Origin: an uncultured Spirochaetota bacterium
GTDB taxonomy: Bacteria; Spirochaetota; Spirochaetia; SZUA-6; Fen-1364
Length of the DNA: 64,000 nt
NCBI GenBank assembly: GCA_963734545.1
Contig: CAVTHO010000007.1
Location: 512,001 to 576,000 of the forward strand
Direction of reading: 5' to 3'
Shown: positions 48,850-59,092 of the stretch, in pieces
How positions within the stretch are numbered: position 1 is the stretch's first letter
Layout: the number at the start of each line of letters is the position of its first letter
Position numbers and translations under genes: made by a program
Notes under the pieces: model-generated
Seen by the model: the letters and a program-made list of their open reading frames with translations, nothing else
Databases searched by the model: none
What the model was told of the DNA's origin: nothing

Positions 48850-50094
48850 ATGAGTGAATCGCCCTCCCCGGATACCCCTCGGCAGGCAGAAAAGACCTGG
48901 GCCCAGGAGACCGTTTTTCCCATTCTTCTTGCCATCAGCGTGTCTCACCTGCTGAACGACACGCTCCAGTCGCTCATACCGGCTCTCTATCCCATCGTGA
49001 AGGACTCTTTCCGGCTCACTTTTGCACAGATCGGCATGGTCACATTTACCTTCCAGGTCACCGCATCACTCCTGCAGCCGATTGTGGGTGCCGTAACTGA
49101 CCGCAGGCCACAGCCCTTTTCCCTGGTGGTGGGCATGAGCTTTACCCTGCTCGGCCTGGCCTTGTTGTCCATTGCAGGCACCTTCGGGGTGCTCCTTCTG
49201 TCGGTGGGGATGGTGGGCGTCGGCTCGTCCATATTCCACCCGGAATCTTCCCGTATTGCCCACATGGCGGCTGGCGCGCGCCGGGGGTTTGCTCAGTCAT
49301 TTTTCCAGGTAGGCGGGAATGCCGGGTCATCGCTGGGCGCGCTCCTCGCTGCCCTGGTGATTGCCGAAAGGGGCAGATCCAGGATTCTGTGGTTCACCCT
49401 TCTTGCCGCGGCCGGCATCGTCGTGCTCGCGCAGGTAGGCCGCTGGTACAAGGGGCAGCGATCGCGCGCCCAGACGAGCCAGGGAGTGAGGGCGGCCGTC
49501 GTGCGACCGCCCGTTGCGGGACGAAGGGTGATCTATTCGGTGGGCATACTCCTCATTCTGATATTCTCCAAGTACTTCTACCTCGCAGGCATGAGCAGCT
49601 ACTACACGTTTTATCTCATTGCGAAGTTCAGGCTTTCAATACAAGATGCCCAGCTCCACCTCTTCCTCTTCCAGTTTGCGGTGGCTGCCGGCACCCTGAT
49701 TGGAGGCCCCGTGGGAGACAGGATAGGCCGAAAATATGTCATCTGGATCTCGATCCTCGGGGCAGCACCGTTCACCCTGCTGCTTCCTCACGCGGGCCTG
49801 CTCGGCACCACGCTCCTTTCGGTCTGTATCGGCGTGATCCTGTCCTCCGCTTTCTCCGCCATCCTCGTTTACGCGCAGGAGCTGATTCCCGGCAAGGTGG
49901 GTCTCATTTCCGGCCTGTTTTTCGGCTTCGCATTCGGCATGGGAGGCCTCGGCTCGGCAGCGCTCGGTAAGCTTGCCGACCACACCAGCATCGAATATGT
50001 CTACCGGCTCTGCGCATTCCTGCCTCTTTTCGGGCTGTTTGCAGCTTTTCTGCCGCGCATCAAGAAAAAGAGCGGCGCTGTTCAATCGGCGTGA
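48850..50094 (+). CDS. fsr: MFS transporter, fosmidomycin-resistance (Fsr) family
   Basis: Motifs SHLLND, LLQPIVG, FHPESSR, QVGGNAG, GGPVGDRIGRK and VYAQELIPG. Confidence 0.85.
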   Translation: MSESPSPDTPRQAEKTWAQETVFPILLAISVSHLLNDTLQSLIPALYPIVKDSFRLTFAQIGMVTFTFQVTASLLQPIVGAVTDRRPQPFSLVVGMSFTLLGLALLSIAGTFGVLLLSVGMVGVGSSIFHPESSRIAHMAAGARRGFAQSFFQVGGNAGSSLGALLAALVIAERGRSRILWFTLLAAAGIVVLAQVGRWYKGQRSRAQTSQGVRAAVVRPPVAGRRVIYSVGILLILIFSKYFYLAGMSSYYTFYLIAKFRLSIQDAQLHLFLFQFAVAAGTLIGGPVGDRIGRKYVIWISILGAAPFTLLLPHAGLLGTTLLSVCIGVILSSAFSAILVYAQELIPGKVGLISGLFFGFAFGMGGLGSAALGKLADHTSIEYVYRLCAFLPLFGLFAAFLPRIKKKSGAVQSA

Positions 50095-50114
50095 GTGGCA
50101 GGAGGAAACCCGTC

Positions 50115-50142
50115 TTGACTTGCCCATGACATGGAATAGACT
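50115..50142 (+). promoter_or_regulatory. Putative sigma70 promoter TTGACT-N16-TAGACT for aqpZ, with a CCATG-A-CATGG palindrome in the spacer
   Basis: Reads ttgact tgcccatgacatggaa tagact. Confidence 0.5.
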
Positions 50143-50207
50143 TCCGGAATTGTCTTAAGCGCAGAGAGGACGCGGCGCGTCCAAGCCGAATTCTGGAGGA
50201 GGTCTGT

Positions 50208-50906
50208 ATGCCGATCACCAAGAGAGCGGGAGCTGAGTTCCTCGGAACCTTCTGGCTGGTTTTTGGAGGCTGCGGCAGCGCGGTGCTGGCCGCCACATTC
50301 CCCGCGGTCGGGATCGGGTTGCTGGGGGTTGCGCTTGCCTTCGGGCTCACCGTGCTCACGATGGCGTTTGCCATCGGCCACATCTCGGGGTGTCATCTCA
50401 ATCCTGCGGTGACCCTGGGTTTGTGGGCCTGCAGGCGAATCCCGGGGAAGGACGTGGTCCCCTATATCATCGCCCAGGTGCTCGGGGGGATCGCGGCTGC
50501 CGCTGTGCTCTGGTTGATCGCAAGCGGAAGGGCGGGATTCAGTCTCTCGAGCGGCCTGGCAGCCAACGGCTACGGGGCGCATTCTCCCGGTAACTACTCG
50601 CTTCTGTCAGGCCTGGTCGCTGAGATCGTCATGACTTTCATGTTCCTGATGGTGATACTCGGCTCGACGGACGCGCGAGCTCCGAAAGGCCTTGCCCCAA
50701 TCGCGATCGGCCTCTGCCTGACCTTGATCCATCTCGTCATCATACCTGTGACCAATACGTCAGTGAATCCTGCGCGCTCGACCGGTCCCGCCGTCTTCGT
50801 CGGAGGCTGGGCCCTGGAGCAGTTGTGGCTGTTCTGGGTCGCTCCCATTGCGGGAGCCATCGCGGCAGGATTTGTCTATCGCAGTTTCGCCGAGAAGAAG
50901 AAGTAG
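50208..50906 (+). CDS. aqpZ: Aquaporin Z
   Basis: [18 protein letters not shown] and two NPA motifs ([14 protein letters not shown]). Confidence 0.95.
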   Translation: MPITKRAGAEFLGTFWLVFGGCGSAVLAATFPAVGIGLLGVALAFGLTVLTMAFAIGHISGCHLNPAVTLGLWACRRIPGKDVVPYIIAQVLGGIAAAAVLWLIASGRAGFSLSSGLAANGYGAHSPGNYSLLSGLVAEIVMTFMFLMVILGSTDARAPKGLAPIAIGLCLTLIHLVIIPVTNTSVNPARSTGPAVFVGGWALEQLWLFWVAPIAGAIAAGFVYRSFAEKKK

Positions 50907-50926
50907 GTCCCGAGTACGTCACTAGC

Positions 50927-50954
50927 GCCGCGGGAGCTCAACGCCTCCCGCGGC
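50927..50954 (+). terminator. GC-rich hairpin downstream of aqpZ (no U-tract)
   Basis: GCCGCGGGAG-N8-CTCCCGCGGC, a perfect 10-bp stem. Confidence 0.4.
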
Positions 50955-51102
50955 ACATCTGCCCAGCGGATGAACCGGCCCAGGCGATCATTTTGCCGGG
51001 AACAGCCCTCGAATGGTGCGCAGCCTCGCGCCGCAGGTGTTACACTCAGGCATCATAAACGAGGACTCTTCACTGAGACAGACAGGCACGGAGGTAATCC
51101 CC

Positions 51103-51975
51103 ATGAGAGGTGCTGCTACAGCTCCGGCATCGCCCACGAAAATGCTTTTTCTCCAATCGAGCGGACGAGGCAACGGAAATACGGCACGCGTCGTGCACAT
51201 GTTGGAAGCGGCTCTGAAGGCGGAAGCCGGTAGAGTTGGCATCGCACTTGAAACAGAGACGCTCGACCTGGCGCGGATGGATATCCGAACGTGCAGGGGG
51301 TGCTATGGCTGTTTCGACCGGGGGGAGAGCGCGTGCCCGCTGAATGACGAGCTCCGCTCGGTCAAGGAAAAGATGAAAACGGCAGACGGCCTGGTTCTTG
51401 CCGCACCGGTCTACGTCAGCGATGTAAACGGCGTAATGAAGAACTGGATTGACCGTCTGGGTTACGTCTGCCATCGGCCCGAGTTCGCGGGAAAGACGGC
51501 GATGCTGTGTGCCACCACAGGATTCACGCCGGCCCGGCGTGCCCTGCGTACCATGTGGTATGCCGCGTGGTCATGGGGCTACCGGATTGCCGGCCAGGTG
51601 TCGGTCGTCACCGGGGGCACCAAGGAGAGTCTCGGCAGAACTATTGGCAAGGGGATGTCGCTGATGCCGGCAGAGGAGCTGCGCGAGCGACACTCGCAGA
51701 AGATCCAGCGCGCGGCGCAGAAGCTCCTGCAGGATATTCGAGCCCGCAGGGCTGAGAAGCCCTCTTTCTTCTCCCTGCTGGCCTTCCGGATCGGGCAGAT
51801 TATCGTTTCCCAGAGGGCCGCACCGGAGTCGGTCGATTTCTCCTTTTGGAACGATAAGGGGTGGCTCGACGCCCGACACTGCACGTACTACTGCCCTCAT
51901 CGCGCCAATCCCCTCAAGGTGGCGACAGCGCGGCTCCTTGGGTCGATGGCTGCATCGACTCTCCGTTCCAGTTAA
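51103..51975 (+). CDS. Flavodoxin-fold NAD(P)H-dependent FMN reductase / iron-sulfur flavoprotein family
   Basis: Motifs SSGRGNGNT, CRGCYGC..SAC and AAPVYVSDVNGVMKNWIDR. ATG after GGAGG. Confidence 0.8.
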   Translation: MRGAATAPASPTKMLFLQSSGRGNGNTARVVHMLEAALKAEAGRVGIALETETLDLARMDIRTCRGCYGCFDRGESACPLNDELRSVKEKMKTADGLVLAAPVYVSDVNGVMKNWIDRLGYVCHRPEFAGKTAMLCATTGFTPARRALRTMWYAAWSWGYRIAGQVSVVTGGTKESLGRTIGKGMSLMPAEELRERHSQKIQRAAQKLLQDIRARRAEKPSFFSLLAFRIGQIIVSQRAAPESVDFSFWNDKGWLDARHCTYYCPHRANPLKVATARLLGSMAASTLRSS

Positions 51976-52013
51976 TTCCGCCCCTTCCGGCGCTTTTTCG
52001 GATCGAGAACAAC

Positions 52014-52039
52014 AAAAAAGCCCGCAAAATGCGGGCTTT
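52014..52039 (-). terminator. Rho-independent terminator of ssrA (possibly bidirectional)
   Basis: Minus strand reads AAAGCCCGCA-TTT-TGCGGGCTTTTTT. Confidence 0.85.
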
Positions 52040-52046
52040 CGTGTGT

Positions 52047-52395
52047 TGGAGGTGGCGGGAGTCGAACCCGCGTCCTAGAGTGTTGACCAAGAACCTCTAC
52101 AGGTTTATCCGCCCGTTAGCCCCTCGGCGAGAAGTATGGAAGGCGGCAATCCCGCTTCCCGCCAAAGCCTGCTTTAGTTTTCCTGTCCGCCCGCAGGCAT
52201 GCGGTCAGGTGAGCCCCGGTTTGTTACAGGCACCCCTGGATGTTCGGGACCACGCTCCAAGGACCCGTCGCCGCAACTAAGCAGCGAGTGCGAAATCTGC
52301 GTTGTTGGCAGTTGTTTTTTTGCCATTTTTAGGAGACTGGCGCTCCACCTGCAGCCCAGGGCCGAACCGACCCCAGTCGAGACCGTTGCACCCCC
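52047..52395 (-). ncRNA. ssrA: tmRNA; tag ORF at 52309-52277 encodes ANNADFALAA*
   Basis: 5' GGGGGTGCAACGGTCTCGAC and 3' GGTTCGACTCCCGCCACCTCCA form the tRNA-Ala-like domain. Tag ends in ALAA-stop. Adjacent to smpB. The encoded 3' end continues ACA rather than CCA. Confidence 0.97.
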
Positions 52396-52482
52396 GAGCG
52401 ATTTCGCCGAGGCGAAATCGCGAAGCCCGGCAAGCGTTTGCGCAGAAAACGCCGAGAGGGCCGATCTTCCAGGTCGAGAGAG

Positions 52483-52947
52483 CTACTTTATCCTGAACTC
52501 TCGCTCCAGCTCTCTCTTCTGGTCTCTCTTTCGAATGTCATCGCGTTTGTCAAAGAGCTTTTTTCCCTTGGCAATGCCAAGCTCGCACTTGATGATGCCC
52601 CTCTTAAGGTAGAACTTAAGGGGAACAAGGGTCAAGCCTTTCTCATCCACGATTCGCCGCAGGCGCTTGATCTCCTTGCGGTGCACCAGGAGCTTTCTTC
52701 GGCGGAGAGGCTCATGGTTGACCCTGTTGCCGTAGACATACGGGGTGACGTGGAAATCGATCAGCAAGAGCTCGTCGTTCTCGACCAGCGCGTACGAGTC
52801 CGCGAAAGAGAAGCGCCCGTCCTTGATGGACTTCACCTCTGTGCCGACAAGGACGATGCCGCATTCGAAGGATTCGTCTATCGAAAAATTGAATCGGGCC
52901 TTCTTGTTGACCGCGAGGACCTTGATCCCTTCATCAGATTTCGCCAT
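52483..52947 (-). CDS. smpB: SsrA-binding protein
   Basis: Motifs NKKARFNF, GIVLVGTEVKS, RRRKLLVH and AKGKKLFDKR. Confidence 0.97.
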   Translation of the reverse strand: MAKSDEGIKVLAVNKKARFNFSIDESFECGIVLVGTEVKSIKDGRFSFADSYALVENDELLLIDFHVTPYVYGNRVNHEPLRRRKLLVHRKEIKRLRRIVDEKGLTLVPLKFYLKRGIIKCELGIAKGKKLFDKRDDIRKRDQKRELEREFRIK

Positions 52948-52965
52948 TGCGCGGGCGCAGCCCAG

Positions 52966-54606
52966 CTACTGCCGGGTCAGCGCCACCCTGAATCCGAGGT
53001 AGGGCGTGCACCATTCAGAAGGCTGCGCGCCTCGTGAGTACACCTTGATCACCCCCGACGGGTTCTCCCAGGCGCCGCCCCTCACCGCGTGGTCTGGTCC
53101 ACGGGGGAGAGAGCGTTCGATCGCGATATTCGCCCGCGGATCCAGTGAAGAGAGCAGGTTCGCCGTGAGTGCAAATGGGTCCGCGCACCACTCCCAGACA
53201 TTGCCGATCATGTCACGAAGCCCGTAGCCGTTCGGCTCGGACGAGCCTGCCCGGGAAGGGCCTGTGATGCCCTTCTGGAAGAACACCGCGGCGCCGGGCT
53301 TCCCGCCGAGGGGATAGGGCATTCCGCGCAATCCGCCTCGGGCAGCCCACTCCCACTCTGCCTCGAAGGGCAGCCGGGCAACGTACCCGGGAAGGGTAGC
53401 TTGCACACTGCGAGACAGCCACTCGGTAAATGCGACAGCCGCATGCCAGGACACGGAGGTGACTGGCAATTCTTCCCGTCCAGCCGAAATCCCGGATGAG
53501 GGCCAATCGGAAAGGTACGCATCGGTGACAAGGCCCTTTCCGACGAGAGCAGACCGGTTCGCCAGGCGCCCATTCAGGGTTTTGCCGGATGAAGGACTGG
53601 AATTGACCCTTCGTCACCTCTGTGGATCCGAGATAGAAGGAATCGACATGCACGGGGTGAGCCAGCAGGAGATCAACGGATTTCCCGAACGATTCCAGGT
53701 TGTCGTCCTTCCCCATGACCAGGTCACCTGCCGGAACTGACCTGAACTCCATGCCCTGGACGGTCACTCTGCCCCCGCCGCCTGGTCCAGGAGACAGCGA
53801 AGCAGGCTGATAGTACCTGGAGATGGTTTCCCGGTAGGAAGCCAGGTACTGCTGGACCCAGGGGCTTGCGGCGAGACTGGTGCTGTGGGCGCGAGAAAGC
53901 ACAAGCAGGAGCCAGGAAGGGAAGTTGTCATATTTTTGTTTAAGTTGTATCGAATTCTGGATTGCGCTCACAAATGAAGCAGGAGTCAGGATCGACCCCG
54001 CTCGAGGCGACCTTCGCAGTTGCGTGCAGAAGCTCCTTCAGTTGGAACTCGTTTGTGACAAAGAGCATGGAATCGTTAATGAAATCATACCATTTTTCTG
54101 ACGGGCTTCCTGCGCTCGCTGCATCAGCCGCGTCAGAAAGGATGCTGGGGATGCCCGGATTCCTCTGGAAATCCTCACGGGCCCAACCCAGCAGCCCCTC
54201 CACGTCCGCGACGGTCAACGACTGGCTCTTTCCGTGGCTGTCAGGTACGAAAAGTGTCCCGAACACTCTGCCGCCAACCGTCTCCTCGAACGAGACTTTG
54301 CTGTAAAACGGCCTCGATATTTCGACGCTTCTCCGACCGTGCCTGAGAAAGACCACGCATGGTGTGCTGCCCGCGTAGACACCGTCCACCTTGACGGTCG
54401 CGTGGTCGGGCGATGTTGTCAGAGACAGGTAGGAGCCCCGATTCCTCAGTCCCGGATAGAAGAAGAGAAAGAAGATCAGCAGGACTGCAATGACGCCATA
54501 GAGCCCGGTGAGGTAGACGGCCAGGGCGCACCCCCAGGATGGGTTTGAGGTGAACGGATACTTCGTCTGCGTCTGAATGCGCCTCCGGCCTGTCCTTTTT
54601 CGGCAT
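52966..54606 (-). CDS. Membrane-anchored PEGA + FGE-sulfatase/SUMF1-domain protein; apparent frameshifts near 54525, 53990 and 53560
   Basis: TM helix, PEGA domain (TSPDHATVKVDGVYAGSTP), then TEVT, PVTSVSW, RLPFEAEWEWAARGG, GNVWEW and RGGAW...GFRV across four frames. Confidence 0.75.
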
Positions 54607-54612
54607 GGGAGA

Positions 54613-54641
54613 ATTATAGGGAGGGTGAAGTCGCTTGTCAA
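54613..54641 (-). promoter_or_regulatory. Perfect sigma70 consensus TTGACA-N17-TATAAT, 6 nt upstream of the ATG at 54606
   Basis: Plus strand reads cat gggaga attata gggagggtgaagtcgct tgtcaa. Confidence 0.8.
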
Positions 54642-54664
54642 TGATTCCAGATGCGTGTTATCCT
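54635..54664 (+). promoter_or_regulatory. Putative lepB promoter TTGTCA-N18-(TGn)TATCCT sharing its -35 bases with the divergent promoter
   Basis: Reads ttgtca atgattccagatgcgtgt tatcct. Confidence 0.5.
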
Positions 54665-54680
54665 CACGCCGGAGAATGCT

Positions 54681-55725
54681 ATGACAGACAGCACTTCCGT
54701 GACGTGGAAAAAATGGGAAAAGTGGGTCGTACGCGAAACCGAGCGCTTCCTCACCTGGCGGAAAAAGACGGAAGCTGGCAAGGAAAGCGAAACAGAAAAA
54801 ACGCAATCCGATCGTCGATTGGCTGGATGCCATCCTCTCCGCGGTCGTCATTGTCCTCCTCATCAACCAGTACCTTCTGCAGGCGTACCAGATTCCCTCT
54901 CCGTCCATGGAGCCCAGCCTGCTGGTGAGCGACAGGATCTTCGTCAACAAGATCGTCTATGGACCCGAGCTCATCCCGGGAATGTTGAAGCTGCCTGGGT
55001 TCCGGACGCCGACCCGCGCGAACGTGGTCATCTTCGAGAGCCCCGAATACATCTCCAGCGGCCCGCTCATGGACGTCCTGCAGCGCGTGGTCTACATGGT
55101 CACCCTTTCGCTCGTGGACATCGACAAGGATGAGAATGGCCAGCCCAAGCATCACTTTCTGATCAAGCGTGCCATCGGCATGCCGGGAGATCGGATTCGG
55201 ATGAACCAGGGTGACGTGGAGATACTGACTCCGGGAGAATCAACGTGGATGTCCGAGGCAGAGATGAAAAAGGCGCTCGGATTCGACTACACGAACGTAC
55301 GGACGTTCAAGCCGGAAGACTACCCGGTTTTCAGAGAGGCGGGCATAGGCAAGGCGCTCCTGGATGCAGGTTTGGAAGCCAGCGCCGAGCAGAATGCCGC
55401 AATCAATCAGTACTACCAGGCGAACAAGGACGCGAACGGGAAGGTCACCAGTTTCATGCTGCGGGCGCTGGATGACGACATTTACGTGACCCTCTGGGAG
55501 GATGCGACTCTCTGGGCGATCGAGCCGATCAATTTCGCCAAGGCAGCCGAATGGCGAATGCTCACGGAAGGCTATCCTGTCCCGGAGGGACGCATTTTCC
55601 CCATGGGGGACAACCGAGACAACTCACACGACGCGCGGTATTTCGGGCCCGTCCGCCTGGAAAAGGTGCTCGGCAAGGGCTTGTTCCGCTATTGGCCCAT
55701 CTCACGGTTCGGGGCCGTCAAGTAG
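54681..55725 (+). CDS. lepB: Signal peptidase I; apparent frameshift near 54775
   Basis: Motifs QAYQIPSPSMEP (Ser), DRIFVNK, LIKRAIGMPGD (Lys) and GDNRDNSHDARYFG. Confidence 0.9.
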
Positions 55726-55730
55726 CTGAA

Positions 55731-56477
55731 ATGATCGGCGCGGAGCGCTATTCGTCCTCCACGGGCAGGAGGAGAGCGAATGTTCTCGGCGGCCGACTGC
55801 TGCGCGTGGCGATTGTCGCCTTCGTCCTCTACCTGGTAGTGTTCGGATTTGTCGCCTCTACTTACCGCATCGAATCCGTCTCCATGGCGCCCGGCCTGTT
55901 GCCCTCTGACCGCGTAATCGTGAGCTCGCTCTCTTTCGGCCCGCGTGTGCCGCTTCTTCAATCCCGGCTTCCCGGGCTGGGCGTTCCCGAGCGCGGCGAC
56001 CTTGTCGTCATTCGACCGCCATTCCTGGAAGAGCCGGGTCTGCTCTGGCGCATCGTGGAGCCCCTGGCCAGCTTTCTCAGCCTGCAGAAGGCCACGCTCC
56101 ACAGGGACCTCTATGGATCACGCGTCAACTCCTATATGGTGAAGAGGATAGTGGGGATGCCGGGCGACACCGTGCGCATGCAGGACTACGTCCTGCTGAT
56201 CAAGCCGCGGGGCGCGTCGGACTTCGTCCCCGAGCAGCAGCTCATACCGGTGCGCTACCAGATCCAGACCTCCCTGACTGCCAGGGGCTGGTCAGCGTCG
56301 CTCCCGCTCTCCGGCAACGGAGGCGAGCTGGTTCTCCGGCCAGGCGAGTACTTCGTGCTGGGGGACAATCGACCGGAATCGAGTGACAGCCGTTCATGGG
56401 GTGCGCTGGCCGCCGAGCGGATTGTCGGCAAGCTCATTTATCGCTACTGGCCCCCCCGCTCCATTGGAAAGCTCTGA
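55731..56477 (+). CDS. lepB: Signal peptidase I, second copy
   Basis: Motifs SVSMAP, RGDLVV, MVKRIVGMPGD and GDNRPESSDSRSWG. Confidence 0.9.
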   Translation: MIGAERYSSSTGRRRANVLGGRLLRVAIVAFVLYLVVFGFVASTYRIESVSMAPGLLPSDRVIVSSLSFGPRVPLLQSRLPGLGVPERGDLVVIRPPFLEEPGLLWRIVEPLASFLSLQKATLHRDLYGSRVNSYMVKRIVGMPGDTVRMQDYVLLIKPRGASDFVPEQQLIPVRYQIQTSLTARGWSASLPLSGNGGELVLRPGEYFVLGDNRPESSDSRSWGALAAERIVGKLIYRYWPPRSIGKL

Positions 56478-57733
56478 TCCCGCTCTCTCCCTCTATGTCC
56501 ATGTCCCCTTCTGCACGGACAAGTGCCTGTACTGCGACTTCTTTTCGGTGCCGCGCCATTCCGTGGGAGAGGAGATCCAGACAGCGGTCATCCGCGAGAC
56601 CATTCTGCAGGCACAATACTTCCTGAAGGGAAAGGCAACCGGTGCATCAGCGCGCCTGCGCGTTCCGCCGCGTATCGAGACCATATTCATGGGGGGCGGG
56701 ACACCCAGCGCACTTTCACGTGAAAACCTTGCTCCCCTCCTTGATGCTTTCCGTTCACATGCGGCGGGCGAGTGGACCGTCGAGGCGAACCCCGAGTCCC
56801 TTGACGAGACGTTCCTCGCTCTCTGCGGGAGCGCGGGCGTCACACGCCTGAGCGTGGGGGTGCAGACCATGCGGGATTCGCTCCTTCGCCTGCTCAGGAG
56901 GCCTGCAACCCGCGCACACACTCTCTCCGCCCTCGCGCTTCTTGGCCGCACGTGGCAGGGCGAGCTCAATCTGGATTTCATAGCAGGGATTCCCGGGCAA
57001 TCGCCTGATGAAGTGCGGAACGATCTATCCCTTCTTGAGCAGTACCTGCCTTCCCACGTCTCGCTGTACCAGCTCACCTATGAACGCGACACTGCACTCG
57101 CGCGGCTTGTTGAGCAGGGAACGATCGTCCGCGATTCGCCCGAGCGGGAAGAAGAGCTCTGGTTTGCGGGCAAAGGCGCTCTGGAAGGCCGGGGATACCG
57201 GCACTACGAAATCTCGAACTTCTGCCTGCCGGGCAAAGAATGCAGGCATAACCTCCGCTACTGGCGTCTGGAGCCATACCTGGGCGTCGGGCCCGGAGCC
57301 GTCTCGACTGTGCCTGCAGCATCTTTTGCCGGCGCGCTGGGAAGACCGGATCTGGCGGAGGCCCCGGGGGGCGTGCTTCGCGTTTCGAACACAAAGGATA
57401 TGCATGCCTTTCTGGGAGGGCAGGCTTCACTCTGGGGCCTCGAAGTCGAGCCGGTGAAACCCTCAGACTTCATGCTCGAGACGCTCATGATGGGGCTCCG
57501 GCTGCAGGAGGGAATCGGCATTGCCTCGTGGGTATGGCGTTTCGGTCGGGGCTTCGATGAGTTCTTCCCCGGGCTCTGGAAAAAGTGGTCGGGAGAGGGT
57601 TTTGCCGAACCGCCCCTCGGGAGTCTGCGTTTGACGGAATCCGGGCGGCATGGTTCTGGATGGGCTGCTCGGCGAAGTGGTGGACAGGCTGGCCGCGGCG
57701 GATCTGCCCCCCATTGCGCTCTCGTGGCCATGA
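56464..57733 (+). CDS. hemW: Radical SAM heme chaperone HemW / HemN-like; apparent frameshift near 57645
   Basis: Motifs LYVHVPFCTDKCLYCDF, GGGTPS, EANP, HYEISNF and HNLRYW. Confidence 0.85.
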
Positions 57734-57791
57734 AAGGGACCGGCTCGCCGGGACGCGGCAGCGCAATCGGGAGGATGGAACAGCCGCCGTA

Positions 57792-57821
57792 TTGACTACG
57801 GTTTTCCGTTTGTGATACGCT
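57792..57821 (+). promoter_or_regulatory. Putative promoter TTGACT-N18-(TGn)TACGCT of the yebC-ruvCAB-queA operon
   Basis: Read directly in the AT-richer intergenic region. Confidence 0.5.
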
Positions 57822-57851
57822 TTTTTAAACTTCAACAGAAGAAGGGGAAAC

Positions 57852-58598
57852 ATGTCAGGCCATAGCAAATGGCATACAATCAAGCACAAGAAGGGCGTCG
57901 CGGACGCAAAACGCGGCCAGATGTTCACCAAGCTCATCAAGGAGCTCAGCATCACGGCCACGGCAGGGCGGCGGGGACCCGGACATGAATCCCGCGGCTT
58001 CGGACCGTCATCCTCAAGGCCAAGGCCGCCAACATGCCCAAGGACAACATCGACCGCGCCATCAAGAAGGGCACCGGCGAGCTGGAAGGCGTGAGCTATG
58101 AGGAGATCCTGTACGAGGCGTACGGACCGGGCGGCGTGGCGATTCTCATCGACATCCTCACCGACAACAAGAACCGGGCGGCCGCGGAGATCAGGAACCT
58201 CCTGAACAAGGGCGGCGGCAATCTCGGCGCGGCGGGCAGCGTGGCCTACCTGTTCAAGCGCAAGGGCCTCATCAACTACGACGCCTCCAAGTACAAGGAG
58301 GACGACATTCTCGAGGTGGCCCTCGAAGCGGGCGCGGAGGACGTCAGCAATGACGGAGACTCCATCGAGGTCACGACCAGCCCCGAAGATTTCGAGAACG
58401 TGATCAAGGCGCTGGAAGGCCAAGGGATTCGCGCACAGCATGGCGGAGATCGTGCGGGTGGCGGACACGAATGTCACGCTGGACAACGACAAGACGGAGA
58501 AAGCCCTCAAGCTCGTCGAGCACCTCGAAGACCACGAGGACGTGCAGAGCGTCGCGACCAATCTGGAGATCCCTGCCGGGTTCGTGATGAGTGAATGA
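57852..58598 (+). CDS. yebC: YebC/PmpR family protein; several apparent frameshifts
   Basis: Motifs [41 protein letters not shown] and [13 protein letters not shown]. Confidence 0.92.
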
Positions 58599-59092
58599 GG
58601 ACGGTGATCGGGATCGATCCCGGGCTCGCGGCCACGGGCTGGGGGGTCGTACGGTTCGACGGCTCTCGCTTCATCCACGTGGGCCACGGAGTGGTGAAAA
58701 CGGATCCCGACACACCGCTGCCTCTTCGCCTGCTGAAGATACACACGGAAATCCGAAAGCTCCTCACGAAGTACGGCCCGTCGGAGGCCGGCGTCGAGGA
58801 GCTTTTCTTTTCCAAGAACATCTCCAGCGCCATGCAGGTGGCGCACGCGCGCGGGGTCGTCCTGATGGCCCTGGGCCAGCGGGGCATCACGGTCGGCACC
58901 TACTCGCCGCAGCACGTCAAGCAGGCGGTCATCGGCCGGGGAAGGGCCGACAAGGCCCAGGTCCAGCGCCTGGTGGGCGTCGTGCTCGGCCTGAAGGAGA
59001 TCCCGGGCCCGGACCACGCCGCGGACGCGCTGGCAATCGCCATCTGCCACACCAACAGGTCGCCAATCGATGTTCAACAGCCTCACGGGTGA
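58595..59092 (+). CDS. ruvC: Holliday junction resolvase
   Basis: Motifs IGIDPG, VEELFF, ARGV, KQAVIGRGRADK and DHAADALAIA. Confidence 0.95.
   Translation: MRTVIGIDPGLAATGWGVVRFDGSRFIHVGHGVVKTDPDTPLPLRLLKIHTEIRKLLTKYGPSEAGVEELFFSKNISSAMQVAHARGVVLMALGQRGITVGTYSPQHVKQAVIGRGRADKAQVQRLVGVVLGLKEIPGPDHAADALAIAICHTNRSPIDVQQPHG

Noticed and set aside
46900-52047. Genomic island integrated at the ssrA 3' end
   Set aside because: No integrase, transposase or phage gene was seen, and I found no duplicate of the tmRNA 3' sequence by eye. The terminator follows ssrA directly.
52966-53470. FGE-fold gene as a diversity-generating-retroelement target
   Set aside because: No reverse transcriptase, avd-like gene or template repeat is visible in the window.
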